Shown piece by piece: positions 13,420-26,852 of a DNA stretch of 64,000 nt. The DNA is from Octopus sinensis (Eukaryota), in assembly GCF_006345805.1 (NCBI RefSeq), contig NC_043012.1:6324001-6388000 (forward strand), written 5' to 3'. The notes beneath the pieces were generated by a model. It worked only from the letters and a program-made list of their open reading frames with translations, ran no database searches and was not told the origin of the DNA. The translations under genes and the position numbers were made by a program. How positions within the stretch are numbered: position 1 is the first letter of the stretch; every line of letters starts with the position of its first letter.

Positions 13420-13669
13420 ATATATCAGACTATCACATGTTGTTACATATCACTGGTCACAATGTGCTTTACATCCTTTTAGCCTTTGAATGACACTGTC
13501 CTGCTGGCAAGGGCAAGCAGACAAACATTTTCCCCTAATCGAAAGTGGGAGAGTGGAGCAATGTGAAATCAAGTGTTTTGCTCACGGACACAATGTGCCA
13601 CCCAATCTGGGAATTGAACCCATGGGCTAGCAATCATGAGTGCAACAGCCTAACCACTAAACCACGTGC

Positions 13670-13670
<1 letters not shown>
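13420..13670 (-). mobile_element. tRNA-derived SINE, family C (degenerate)
   Basis: Similar to 24710-25022 and to the reverse of 26853-27230. Confidence 0.55.
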
Positions 13671-13708
<38 letters not shown>

Positions 13709-14725
13709 TGTGTGTGAGTGCGTGTGTGTTTTTAAGTCAAAATATATATAAAACCAATTTAACATTGAACTAAAGAATTGCTCAATACTTTTTAGTTGAG
13801 GACATGTTTATTAAACTATTACAAGAAGTTGGGCGACAGTGACTTCAAAGTTTGAGCCTGCTAACCTTCGTCATATATATATAATTATTATTTAATAAAC
13901 ACAATCTACGTTCTCCTATTAGTTTCATGTGCTGAGAGCATGCCAGACAGTATTTTTTAACACATCTGGTGCCATAGCGCAATCATCAGGCTCTACCCAC
14001 ATGGCATAACAAACTAAAAATCGGATGATAGGCTAAGAGAAAAGAGAGAAAAGGTGATATAAAGGCACCAAATGCTACAGCTCCACAACTATATCACCAC
14101 TCACTGCAAAAAGAAAAAAAATCCGCTTAAACTATATTGGTATATTCATAAAAACATGCACCCCATCGTTTCAACAGCAAAGACAATGGCTGGATAAACA
14201 GAGAAACTATTAAACAGTTATATCATGCAACTAAGTGTAACGTTCAAAGGAGATCCCTGCTTCTTATATATACATATATACATATATATGTAATATATGT
14301 TATATATATATATATGTTTGTATGTATACATATATGTATATATAGTTGTGATGCACTGTGTGTTGCTGTGTTTGCTTTCATTGCAATTAATATGAAATAT
14401 GCACTAATATTATTGTTTTTTTTTGCACTTGTGTAATAAATATTTTATAAACACCAATGGCTTCTGTGTGAGATCTAAACATCTAATGATACGTTTTATG
14501 ACATCTTTGTGTGCCTTTCTCCCTCTCTCTCTTTCTTTCTCTTTCTCTCTGTCTTGTCCTTTATTTTCTTATTTTCTGTTTGTTTGCATATATGCATAAA
14601 CATGTGTATACATGCATATATATGTGTATGTGTGCATGTATGTGTGTGCGTGTATACACACACGCACATGTATATTTATATATATATATGCTTATATATG
14701 TGTAAACATACATGCAAACTCGCGC

Positions 14726-14770
<45 letters not shown>

Positions 14771-14976
14771 GAGACTTAAACAAAAGTGCAAACATATATA
14801 TATATACATATATGCATGTATGTATATTATATATATATATATATAATTAACATACATGCATATATACATGCACACACATGTATACAAACTTAGAGAAACA
14901 CGCGCGCATATATACATATATATTTATACACATATTAATAACATTATATAACTTGTATATATATAATGTCATATAA

Positions 14977-15443
14977 TATTGGGTTGTCCGGAAAGTTCAT
15001 GCCGATTTATAGTAGCTTACCTTTCGACTTATTTTAGAACATGGTTGAGTCCATAAAATAGGATTTGACTACACCTCCATTTAGAGCACAGTTTAAGCTA
15101 TATTTTCGTGGAAGAAGGTTTATGTTCCTATAACCTGTGTTAATTCTGTAGCCCTTTAAATTGGAAGATAAGAAAGTTCATTTTCGGCACTTGATGCTTT
15201 GGGAACCAGACAAAAATTGCTGCAGCTCGGCTGGGATGTGTTACTCTACTCTCCATATTCACCAGATATTGCTCCGTCGGATTTCCACTTATTCATGTCT
15301 CTGCAGAATAGTCTTAATGGTAAAATTTCAATTCCTTGGATGACGTAAAAAGATACCTTGATGAATTCTTTGCCATGAAACCACCTCAATTCTGGGAAGA
15401 GGGTATTTTCAAGGTAAAGGAAAGATGGTTCACAATCGTGCAG
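14977..15443 (+). mobile_element. Internally deleted mariner element
   Basis: TIR-like TATTGGGTTGTCCGGAAAGTTC. Remnant peptides MEDKKVHFRHLMLWE and PYSPDIAPSDFHLFMSLQN (mariner YSPDLAPSD motif). Confidence 0.85.
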
Positions 15444-15444
15444 A

Positions 15445-15716
15445 CCAGGCTGCATGTTGTGTTCTTGAGCAAGACACTTTATTTCACATTGCTCCAGTTC
15501 TCTCAGCTGTAGAAATGAGTTGCAACATCACTGGTGCCAAGCTGTATCGGCCCCTTTGCCTTTCCTTTGGATAACACTGGTGGTGTGGAGAGGGGAGGCT
15601 GGTATGCATGGGTGACTGCTGGTCTTCCATAAACAACCTTGCCTGGACTTGTGCCTCAGTAGGGGAACTTTATAGGTGCAATCCCATGGTCATTCATGAC
15701 CGAAGAGGGTCTTTAC
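15445..15716 (+). mobile_element. SINE body (CTTGAGCAAG core; tail ...GTCATTCATGACCGAA)
   Basis: Near-copies at 41369-41697 (+), 22288-22490 (-) and 23487-23795 (-). Confidence 0.7.
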
Positions 15717-16394
15717 CTTTCTTTTTTTATGTACCAAACTTGGTGCTTGTATATGAGTTTTCTTCTTGTATTTAGGACAATAAGAAGTGATTTTTTTGTT
15801 TAGGGAAATTAACTTGCCATTTCTAGCTGGGGACACAACCACATGTAAGCTCTTGCAGTGGCTTGTTTAGGCTCAAAAGTCTGAGTGCTGCTAGTTGATG
15901 AGGAACAACATGTTAAAACATTAGTGTTTCAGAATCCCTTGCACCAATGAGTTATGATCACATTGGTTTAGTAGAAAGAAGTTGTTCACCTGTGATGTAC
16001 ACAACAATAATTAGCATATTTGTATTTGTATCTACCAGAAAGTATTAAGAATAAATATGTAGATCATCGTTAAAAGATATTAATTATATTTTAGTGATAC
16101 AAGCTACTTCCAAATCAGTTTTTCTCAGCCATTTTTTTACCTATGGTCCCCATTTTACTCTACTGGACTCCTGTATTAAAAAGAAGACCCTATTATATTT
16201 CTATTATTAAATATTGTATAACGTTGTATAAATGGCGCAGGTGTGGCAGTGTGCTAAGAAGCTTGCTTCCCAACCACGTGGTGTCAGGTTCAGTCCCACT
16301 GCATGGCACCTTGGGCCGACTAACACCTTGTGAGCGGATTTATAGACGGAAACTGAAAGAAGCCCAACATATACATATATATATATATATTTAT

Positions 16395-16892
16395 ATTAGG
16401 TTGAGGAAAAAGTTTGTGCACTGTGTTAGAATAATGCTTTTTTTTATATATTTTTGCGGTGTGTGTGTTCATGTCATGTTCAATGGTGACTCATTGTGTT
16501 TCTTGAAAATGCACTTTGTTTCAACGAGACAATGCAAAGCTGCACACCATCAGAAAGACCAGCAACAAGATTGAAGAATTGGACGGTGTGGAAGTTCTGC
16601 TGGATCCAGCTTATAGTCCACACGTTGCTCCATCTGACGACAGTCTCTTCCAATCAATGCAGCACTTTATGAAAGGTCGCCGATTCGAGTCATTCGATGA
16701 AGTTGAAGAATCCTGTCAAGAATTTTCTAATTCAAAGCCGAAGGATTGGTACTTTGACCAAATCCGAAAGCATGCAGATTGTTGGCAGAAGGTCATGGAA
16801 AATGATGGCCTTATTTTGAAGAATAGTTGTTGTTGCTTTTGAATAAATTCTTGCGTAAAAAATTATTGTTTTAACACAGCCCACAAACTTTT
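16395..16892 (+). mobile_element. Internally deleted mariner element
   Basis: Left TIR ATTAGGTTGAGGAAAAAGTTTGTG. Peptide QRDNAKLH...PAYSPHVAPSDDSLFQSM...WQKVMENDG. Right TIR broken by an inversion. Confidence 0.85.
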
Positions 16893-16925
16893 GATGAACG
16901 GGAACGTGAAACTCCGAGTAACAGG
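16891..16925 (+). ncRNA. Minimal hammerhead ribozyme motif, 5'-truncated
   Basis: (U)UGAUGA-ACG(GGAA)CGU-GAAA-CUC(C)GAG-UA^ACAGG. GNRA-capped stem II, palindromic stem III, GUA cleavage triplet. C3 and the 5' strand of stem I are lost at the breakpoint. Confidence 0.65.
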
Positions 16926-17689
16926 TTTTGTTGAATTTCTGCTGCTTTTAAATAAAGCATATTACTCTACCCCTGGTATTTGAGTACTCTTTTTTCCACC
17001 TTGTTTCACATTTATGTGTTTACTCCGGTATATATATATATATATATATATATACTATGTTGAGGAAAAAGATTGTATATTTTTATATATATGTGTGTGT
17101 GTTTGTGTTTGTGTGTCTGTGTTTGTCCCCCCACCATCGCTTGACAACCGATGTTGGTGTGTTTACGTCCCCATAACTTAGCAGTTCAGCAAAAGAGACT
17201 GATAAAATAAGCACTAGGCTTACAAAGAATAAGTCCTGGGGTCGATTTGTTCGACTAAAGGTGGTGCTCCAGCATGGCTGCAGTCAAATGACTGAAACAA
17301 ATAAAAGAATAAAGAAGAATAGAAGAAAAAAAACATTGTTGAAATATTTTGTGTGTTACAGAAGCATAACCAATTTATTTCACATAAATCTTAACAAAAA
17401 TCTTATAGGGACCTGATAAGGGTCAGGTGGACCCCAGTTGAGAATCGTTGCTCTAAGCGATCAAACACTGCACTGACACATTTCCATATTTCTAGTTTTT
17501 CTCTGTCGTTTACTCTAATTTTATTTTTAATATTTGTTTTCTCTTTTTTTAACTTATATTTTCTTTATCTTTTTTATTGTATATTTTCCCACCTGGCTTT
17601 GGCAATGCTTTCTTCTTTCACCCCCCACTTTTTTTTTTTTAGATACTTTCCATATTTGCCTCAATATTGTATCTGCACTCCCTGACTGC

Positions 17690-17823
<134 letters not shown>

Positions 17824-18578
17824 GTGGCACTAAAAATATCACCTTCGTTATCATTGTCATCATTATCATCATCACCACTAGCCCGACCACAACAACCACC
17901 ATCGTCATCATCATCATCATCATCAACCACAACAACATGTTTGGATTTGGCTTTGGTTTTTTTTTGTGTTCGCAACTAACATTTGAAGGTTTTATTCCTT
18001 CTTTGGTGTATTAATTATATAACTGTTAATTAGTTTTACACGTCTTATTTAATGTTATTAAGAATCTTTTAAAAGTATATTTACTCATCATTTTCTTTCT
18101 GGATAATTTTTTTTTCCATTTATTTTTTATTACATTCTAGTCGAGATGTCTTAATTTTGTATCTAGATTTTGTTGTTGCTGTCAATGTGAAACAGTTTTG
18201 AATACTTTTGAAACAATTATTGCAGCTTGTTGTGTATAAGTTACACTATTGTATATTTGATTTCAAATGCAAAAAAAAAAAAAAAATACTGGGTTGTGAC
18301 TTGTACACAGGGCAAAGCTGAAGTAAAGTTTGAAGATGAAGGGAAAAAATTTTGTTCCAAAATTTTACACTAAATTAGTGGTAGCATAATGACCCACCCC
18401 CACTGGTGCTAAGATACAACAAAAACATATTCTTTTCTCTGAGGAAATACAGCAGAATGAGTTAGATTAATATAAATTTTTGATAAAGCTATCAGAAAAA
18501 GATGAATCACACAGACTGGAAGAGATTGTTTCCAAGAGATGCTAATGAGAAGTTTTACTGTTGAAAGACCGTAAAATA

Positions 18579-18985
18579 GGTGCAGAAGTGGCTATGTGGT
18601 AAGTAGCTTGCTTACCAACCACATGGTTTCGGGTTCAGTCCCACTGCATGGCACCTTGGGCAAGTGTCTTCTACTATAGCCTCGGGCCAACCAAAGCCTT
18701 GTGAGTGGATTTGGTAGACAGAAACTGAAAGAAACCCGTCATATATATGTATATATATATATGTATGTGTATGTATATGTTTGTGTGCCTCTGTTTGTAC
18801 ACCCAACATCACTTGACAACCAATGCTGGTGTGTTTACGTCCCTGTCACTTAGCATTTCAGCAAGAGGGACCGATAGAATAAGTGCTAGGCTTACAAAGA
18901 ATAAGTCCTGGGGTCGATTTGCTCAACTAAAGGCGGTGCTCCAGCATGGCTGCAGTCAAATGACTGAAACAAATAAAAATATAAA
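18579..18985 (+). mobile_element. SINE family A
   Basis: Full-length copy with A/B boxes and tail. Confidence 0.85.
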
Positions 18986-19890
18986 AAAGAAAAGATATAT
19001 TTAGTACCTGATTTGTAAAAAGACAAACAAGTGGAGCAAGGCATTCCTTGTTAATTTTAGTTGTTGAAATTTTATTAGATTTATGCTGCCAGCTATACCA
19101 TACTGTCTATCAACAGGTGAACTCAGGATCATGAGATCATGGGTTCAATTCCTGTATTAGGGAGTGTATTTTGTTCTTCAACAAGGGACTTCATTTTAAG
19201 TTCTTACAATCTACTTAGCTGGAAAATGAGTACCAGCTGTGTGGTGATGCAGTTCTCTCTGGCTCTAGGGGTCACAACTTGGGTCTGTCATTAGGTCAAA
19301 GGTGAGTAGGCTTAGGGTGTTTGTCTTTTAGGCACCTGAAACAATTAACAAAACCACTGTATGTTACCAAGCCACACTCACACATGAGTGACTGCTGGCC
19401 TTACTGTACTGTGTATTAAACACACACACACATGCACATCATTATCATTGTAACATAAAAAATCATAAGAATGCCAGTTTTTCATCCATTTATATATCTG
19501 TCCCTTTTGGAAAGAATTCAAAGAATTCAAAGAATTTATAATGCAGCAAAACTCTGTGTGTGTTGAGTTTATACGTTAATATCTTATAGTATATCATCAT
19601 ATCACTGATTATATGTTATAAATATTACAAGGTATTCTATAAAACTTTATTAGTTGAAAATGGATGCAGTAAATTGTAAGCATCAGAAGATATCAAATTT
19701 AATGTAGAAAACATGGATAGCATGAAAATTTTAATAAATTCTGAACTAAACTTAATTTTATGTTTTCTTTTTTTTTAAAAAAAAAACTTTCTAATTGTCA
19801 ATGAATTAATTGTTTATATGATGTTCAATATGTTTCAGTTTGTTTCTTGATTGATTTATTTTGATTTTTCTTCTCTTCTTCTTTCAATAG

Positions 19891-21764
19891 ATTCTACTTT
19901 CAAATCTGTTCCTTCAAGTTTACCCAATTCAGAAATAAGTCCAGTTATTTTTCCTTCCTCCCCAAAGCTAGTTTCAGTTAATTCAAGCTTCTCTGAAAAG
20001 CAGCCAGCAATTATTCACGCTACGAAGAATGACACTCAAAACTCTGTTGCATCTTCACCAAAGAGACCAACAAATTGGAATTCTGAGGCATCAGATAAAC
20101 AGACCAGCTCATCTCCATTGACTGTTACCAAAAAGTCAGATTTTGCTGTTGAAGAGGACCTTTGTTCACGTGTGGTAGTAACTAAAGATAAGCATTCTAT
20201 TCGGAATGGTAGAACATCCCCACGTTCTCTTCCACTAGTGGACCTTTCAGATTTCTCAACTGACAACAGCAAAGAGAGAACATCATCTGTATTGACATCG
20301 AATATGTCACATGTTGCTGTTGAACCAATAAAAGACAACCGCAAGAAAGAGTCATACCATTCTACAGAAGTTTCATTTGATCAGTTTGACTCACCTTCAA
20401 GAAGTTTGGCAACACAGTCCAGTAATATCAAGCAAATACCAGATAAGAATGAAACCAAAATGGAATGGTCAACAAACTTGCCACCCACTTTAGATTCAAC
20501 GAGCCCATTGATCCCTACAAATAGTTCTTTGATTTCAATCTCAACTGAAAGCCATGTAGCACCTATAGAACTTGTGCAGAAAGAAGAATCAGTGGGTTCT
20601 CATTCTATGCCACCATCATTTTCAGCATCAAAGAGTAAAGAAACTGAAACTGTTTCTAGCCAGATGGTAATACCAGCTGTAGAACAACCAATTTCTCCTA
20701 GAATTACTTCCAATCGTAAACTTCCTGATATATTTAAATCTTCCCGCACAAATGCACCAGTTGTTGGACAAATTACTTCACCTTCTGCCTCAGAAATTCT
20801 ATTCACCGACTTTGCACCAGGATCGCCAAATGTTTCACCTGTCATAGAAAGTGTGATAGACATACAAAAATCTAAGCATAATTTTGCCGAAGTTCCTAAA
20901 GCAGAGATTGCTACATCAGAACCAATAGTAATGCAGCCAAAAGTTTCAAAAGACCTTCTTCAATCTCCTGTAGAAACAACTAGCATGACTTCATCTCAAG
21001 TTACAATTTCCAAGGATGATGCTGTTTCACAAAATAAATTTCAAACTCCTTCAACGGCAAAAGCAGAAACATTTCCACTCAAAGCTGACCAAGAAATTCC
21101 CGAAGTAGAGAGAAGAAGAGCTTCACTTAAAAGAGAAACACTCGAATCAGTCACTCAAGTAGAGAGTTCCAGAAAAGGAACTCAGAAAACCAATGGTGAT
21201 GATTTCAAAGATAATTTGCCTTCAGGAGAACACAAGAAACTTACTGTAAATATCCCAACATCTCCGAAGAAAAGTGAAGTAATTCAAGATACCAATCAAT
21301 CACCACAGTCAACAGACAGTTCATCTGTGATGTTGAGAAGGAGCAGAGGGCGTTCACAGGGATCCCCAAGGAGTGAATTGATCTCTGAAAAGTCATTGGT
21401 GTTCAGCCCGGACTCAAAAGTAAGCGAAAGCAGTTCAAAACAAATGTCATTACAACGTAGAAAAGAACTGGCCAAGACATGCATAGAGCCACATATGGTA
21501 TTCACCAAGAGGAAATGGTGTATCAGTACTAGATTCGGTCAGACAAACTTTGCATTACCTTCTGAACCAGAATCATCACAAGATGTGTTAAAACTTTCAT
21601 TACTGGATGAAGATACAGTAATAGATTTTGTGAGTAAAGCTAACTTTGCATTGGACAAACTCGGCTTGTCAAATCACTATTCCATTCATATTTGTATTGT
21701 TGAAAAAGAAGCATCTGAAAAAGTTGGGATACGTCTTCAAAAAGGAGAGAAACAGGAATTATTG
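19891..21764 (+). CDS. PDZD2/pro-IL-16-like gene, large exon (1874 bp): Ser-rich region plus N-half of the penultimate PDZ domain
   Basis: Polypyrimidine tract ttctcttcttctttcaatAG and donor TTG|GTAAAT. Ends SIHICIVEKEASEKVGIRLQKGEKQELL (PDZ bA-bB). The preceding LSLLDEDTVIDFV resembles the pre-PDZ helix of IL-16. Confidence 0.88.
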
Positions 21765-22287
21765 GTAAATATTGGAGTAATTCTTCTGTCATCTATTTTG
21801 ATCATCTCATATCATCTTCTTTGCCAACTTATTCTTGGGAGCATCATTAGGACAGAGTCCTCCCAGATGCTTTCCATTGGGTTCTGTCAGAAACAACTGT
21901 TTCCAATTAATCTGGCTGGATCCTGAAGCACGACCTACTGAGCTCATGGATGTTATCCAACCATCTTTGCTCGTAGTCTGCCTCTGGGTCTCCTGTGGAT
22001 TGGTTTTGCCCATAGGACCTGTCCAGCAATTCTTTCTATTTTATTATTTTCTTTTTACTGCTATTTCCATTTTTTGTTTGTTTTTTTTTTCTTCATTTGT
22101 CTGTTATTCTATTATCTTTGCTATGTCCCTTGTTCACACACAAAATGCATATTAAAACATGCAACTTTAATGGTTATACTAGATCTAAATTTTGTTGAGC
22201 ATTGAACTGGGATTACTGTATATTAGCCAAGCTGAATATCACACATCTCTAAGAGGCCTCCAATAAAACTGATGTAAAGAAAAAAGG

Positions 22288-22870
22288 ACTCCCTTTCGGT
22301 CATGAATGACCATTGATTGCACCTAGAAGGTTCCTCTCCTATGCACAAGTCTGGGCAATGTTGTTTATGGAAGCAGTTACCCATGCATACCAGCCTCCCC
22401 TCTCCATGCCACTGATGTTATCCAAGAGAAAGGCTAAGCTTGGAACCAGTGATGTTACATCTCATTTCTACAGCTGAGTGAACTGGAGCAACCACATTGT
22501 TCTAGGTTCAGTCCCACTGCATGGTGGCACCTTGGGCAAGTGTTTTCTACTATAGCCTCAGGCCAACCAAATCCTTGTGGGTGGATTTGTAGACAGAAAC
22601 TGAAAGAAGCCTGTCATATATGCATGTATGTGTGTGCTTATATCTGTGTGTGTACATCTTTGAGTCTGTGTTTGTCCCCCCATCACTGCCTGACAACCAA
22701 TGTTGGTGTGTTTATGTCCCTGTAACTTAGTGGTTTGGCAAAAGAGACTGATAGAGTAAGTACTAAGCTGAAAATAAGAAGTCTTGGGGGCGATTTGTTT
22801 GACTAGAACCCTTCAAGGTGGTACTCCAGCATGGCTGCAGTCAAAGTACTGAAACAAATAAAAGAATAAC
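22288..22870. mobile_element. SINE composite: minus-strand SINE body joined to a plus-strand family A copy
   Basis: 22288-22490 is the reverse of the 15445-type body. 22491-22870 is family A. Confidence 0.7.
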
Positions 22871-23486
22871 AGAATGTAATTCAGGCGTCATTTTACAAAC
22901 AAATATAATCCAACCAGGGTCATTTAGCAACAACATACTCTCAGAGACGTACATATACAATTTACATCCACGAGCCATAAATAGAAATAAACATACATAA
23001 GCATGTATGTATACACAAATAGATATATTTATACACACACGTATAGAAGTGGTTGTAATTTACTTATTGGATTTATTTATCAATACAGTTGTACATAGAG
23101 TAAAAGTGTTTGAAAGTTGTGGTTTCTTTGGTTTGTTTGTTCCCAAACAACACTTATTTTAGTGCTGTTGACACTGCCAGATTGAATGGTACTGTTCAGG
23201 TGTCGAAACCATAATGATATCTGTGGGGCAGCCGATGATGGAGGTATGTTGAATTGTTGGTATGGCTGTGGAATAGTTGATTACATTGTTTCTTTATGTT
23301 ATATTTGTGGAAGAATAAGTTTAGAAAAAATGTATATCTTATTGAGCCTACTATAATTTAGAGAGTAGCAGAGGAAATACTGGGGGTCAAGATATAGGAG
23401 TGGTGGGATAGTTATTTATGCTAAGAAGGTTTTATGGTGCCTCAATTTAAGTACCTAATTCAGCTGAATCTTATATATATATGCTG

Positions 23487-23795
23487 TGACCCCTTTGGTC
23501 ATGAATGACCATGGGATTGCACCTAGAAAGTTACCCTCCCAGGCACAAGTTCAGGCAAGGTTGTTTATGGAAGACCAACAGTCACCCATGCATAGCAGCC
23601 TCCCCTCTCCACGCCACCAGTGTTATCCAAGGGAAAGGTAAAGGCCAATACAGCTTGGCACCTGTGATGTCGCAACTCATTTCTACAGCTGAGTGAACTG
23701 GAGCAACGTGAAATAAAGTGTCTTGCTCAAGAACACAACACACAGCCAAGTCCGGGATTCAAACTCACAACCTCACGATCTTCATTGCACCTTCG
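23487..23795 (-). mobile_element. tRNA-derived SINE
   Basis: Reverse complement of the 41369-41697 type. Confidence 0.75.
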
Positions 23796-23860
<65 letters not shown>

Positions 23861-24709
23861 TAGATAGATAGACAGACAGACAGATAAATAGACAGATAGA
23901 TATATTTGTTTAAGGATGTGGAAATACCTGGCTTGGCGTCCAGGCACATGATTGACTCACTGGGAGTAGGAGGCCCCTCTTGTTGTCAAAACATCTCTCA
24001 TGGAGACGGAAACTCTGAGAGAAAACCTGCAACACTGACAACATTTGATGATGTAGACTAGTTCTTTTTTCTAAGTTTATGACGTCCATATCCAGAGTAG
24101 TAGGATTGGTTTTGTACAAATCCTTTCCCCACTACCAAAAAAAATCATCATACACAGGCATCGCTTGATAAAAAAAATGGTAAGACCTATCACAAAAATG
24201 ACTGATCATAACCTTTGCATGTGCGAGACTTTCGATCAGGTGATGGCAATACTCAAATATGAGTTTGCAGCTATCATGTATGTATATATAAATATATATA
24301 GTCCCACCCATGCCAGTAATATCGGTGTGCTCATCAAACCATGATGTTTAAGTTGCATGCTGAGTGGTCAAAACCGTATTCCCAAAATTCAGCTTGTTGG
24401 AGTTTTCTAAAAGGTATGAAATGGAAGAAGTCAGTCATTTTACTACAGTTGTTAAGAACCCACCTGTCACTTAAATACATTTTGAAACCTGATAATTACT
24501 ACAAATGTATGAAAGCGCTAACTGAATTTTATGAATATTACAAAATATATTTTTTTTATGTTTAACACACTTAAAAATTGTAAAAAAAATTTTTATAATG
24601 CAATAATAAAATAATGTGAAAACCAGAAAATGTTGCAACTTTATTCAACTGATATATTATTCTATACACCTTTACACAAATTCAGAATATATATATATGT
24701 ATATATATA

Positions 24710-25022
24710 TCACCGTGATCACCGTGACCGACCAGGCTATCATATGTTGGTACACATCGCTGGTCACAATGCACTTCGCATTGTTTTAGCCTTCAAATGA
24801 CAGCACCCCACTGGCTAAGTGAGCTGGCCAACAGAAGAAAGAATGAGAGAAATTTGTGGCAAAAGAGTACAGCAAGGATCGCCCCCCCCCCCACTACTGG
24901 AGCCTCATGGAGCTTTAGGTGTTTTTGTTCAATAAACACTCACAATGTTCGGTCTGGGAATTCAAACTGCGATCCTAAGACTGCGAGTCCGCTGCCCCAA
25001 CCGCTGGGCCATTGCACCTCCA
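24710..25022 (-). mobile_element. tRNA-derived SINE, family C
   Basis: Reverse head GTGGAGGTGCAATGGCCCAGCGG...; related to 26853-27230. Confidence 0.75.
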
Positions 25023-25163
25023 CATACACACACACACACACACACAAATATATACTGTGTACTCCATTTCCATTTGTACATTGTCAGTTCACCAAAAAAA
25101 CTATAAATTAGCATTGTTGTATTAATTTTTTTTTGTTTTCCTTTATCTTTTTGTTTGTTTTAG

Positions 25164-25344
25164 ATCTCTTTGTTAGAGCCAGATGGCGCTGCGAAGCGAC
25201 AACAGTATATCTACGAAGGAGATTTACTGCTTTACATGAATGACAAACCAGCATGGAACCAGACTGTGATGGACATGAAAACCTTGCTACAAACCACTGC
25301 CACTAGAATCATACTTCTGTTGGCCAGACCATTTGTCGGCGAAG
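25164..25344 (+). CDS. PDZD2/pro-IL-16-like gene exon: C-half of the penultimate PDZ domain
   Basis: ttgtttgttttAG|ATC...GAAG|GTGAGT. Encodes ISLLEPDGAAKRQQYIYEGDLLLYMND...RIILLLARP, completing the PDZ fold in phase 0. Confidence 0.92.
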
Positions 25345-25376
25345 GTGAGTGTTGATGGTATTTGTTGGGCGAAAAA

Positions 25377-26265
25377 GGCGGCGAGCTGGCAGAAACGTTA
25401 GCACGCCGGGCAAAATGCTTAGCGGTATTTCGTCTGCGTTACGTTGTGAGTTCAAATTCCGCCGAGGTCGACTTTGCCTTTCATCCTTTCGGGGTCGATA
25501 AATTAAGTACCAGTTACGCACTGGGGTCGATATAATCGACTTAATCTCTTTGTCTGTCCTTGTTTGTCCCCTCTGTGTTTAGCCCCTTGTGGGTAATAAA
25601 GAAATAGGTATTTTTTGTTATAGTTTGGTTTCAAATTTTGGCACAAGGCCAGCAATTTCGGGGGTGTGGGGATAAATTGATTACATTAACCATAGTACTC
25701 AGCTGGTACTTGTTTCAGCCTCCTGGAAAGGGATGAAAGGTAAAGTTCACCTTGGCAGAATTTGAACTCAGATTGTGAAAATGGATGACATGCCACTAAA
25801 TGTTTTGCCCTGTGTACTAACGGTTCTTTTCAACTCCAGGTACAAGGCCTGAAATTTGGGGGGAGTGGAGTTGGAGGCCAGTCGATTAGATCAATCCTAG
25901 TACACAACTGGTGCTTAATTTATTGATCCCGAAAGGATGAAAGGCAAAGCTGACCTCGATGGAATTTGAACCCAGAACTTAAAGACAGACGAAATACTTT
26001 TAAGCATTTCGCCCGGTGTGCTAACATTTCTGCCAGGTCACCACCTTAAATATTCTTTTCTACTCTAGGCACAAGATCCAAAATTTTGGGGGAGGTGGGG
26101 CAGTCAGTTAGATTGAACCCCAGTACGCAACTGGTACTTAATTTAGTGACCCTGAAAGGATGAAAGGCAAAGTCAACCTCGGTGGAATTTGAACTCAGAA
26201 TGTAAAGACAGACGAAATACCACTAAGCATTTCGCCCGGTGTGCTAACGTTTCTGCCAGCTCATA
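25377..26265. mobile_element. Cluster of family B SINEs: one plus copy (25377-25610) and three tandem minus copies
   Basis: Head GGCGGCGAGCTGGCAGAAACGTTAGCAC...GAGTTCAAATTCC. Reverse copies end at ~25825, ~26045 and ~26262. Confidence 0.85.
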
Positions 26266-26852
26266 GCATTACAGTTTTGTTATTCAATTGTTGGTGTTTT
26301 TGTATTGTTATTGTCACTATTAGTTGTTTAGCTTCATTTCATTATTGACCACAGATCAAAGAGGTTCCATTCATGACCAACCCATCTAGAGCTACATTTT
26401 TCAATGTTTCTTTCATATTTTATGATAAAGTATAACAAGAAGGAGATTTGGTTGCTATTTCTAACAGATCAAATGACCACATTGTTTTGTATCCCTCTGT
26501 CATTGTTGTTCATTGACCTCAGGTTTGCGATGATCCAGAAGATCTTCTAATCAAAGACATTCCAGCTTTGACCATTCTGTCTTTCTTCAAACAGAGTGTC
26601 AAACGATATCTTAATCAGTGTGTCTTTCATATTTCTAAGATGACAGGCTTTGATTTGATGAAGATTTGGCTGCTATTTATGGAAGGTCAAGTAACTACAT
26701 ATAGGCTTCATTGATAAAGGCAGCAGTAGTGCTGTTGTTTAGCCCTAGGTCAGTCCTAAACAAGATGAGTCATGGTTAGGGTTGTTCCGATCATGGCTAC
26801 TCTTTCTTTCACATGTTCTTCCGTTGTTTGATGTTTTGATTAATAAATTTCT

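Larger units (their letters stand above)
16234..17320 (+). mobile_element. SINE family A split by nested insertions
   Basis: Head at 16234-16368 and tail at ~17093-17320, separated by a mariner and a hammerhead-bearing fragment in the internal TA tract. Confidence 0.8.

Noticed and set aside
23181-23243. Possible 63-bp phase 0-0 exon (CAG|ATTGAA...GAG|GTATGT) in the PDZ gene
   Set aside because: It would insert 21 aa inside a PDZ domain that is already complete when 21764 joins 25164. The polypyrimidine tract is poor.
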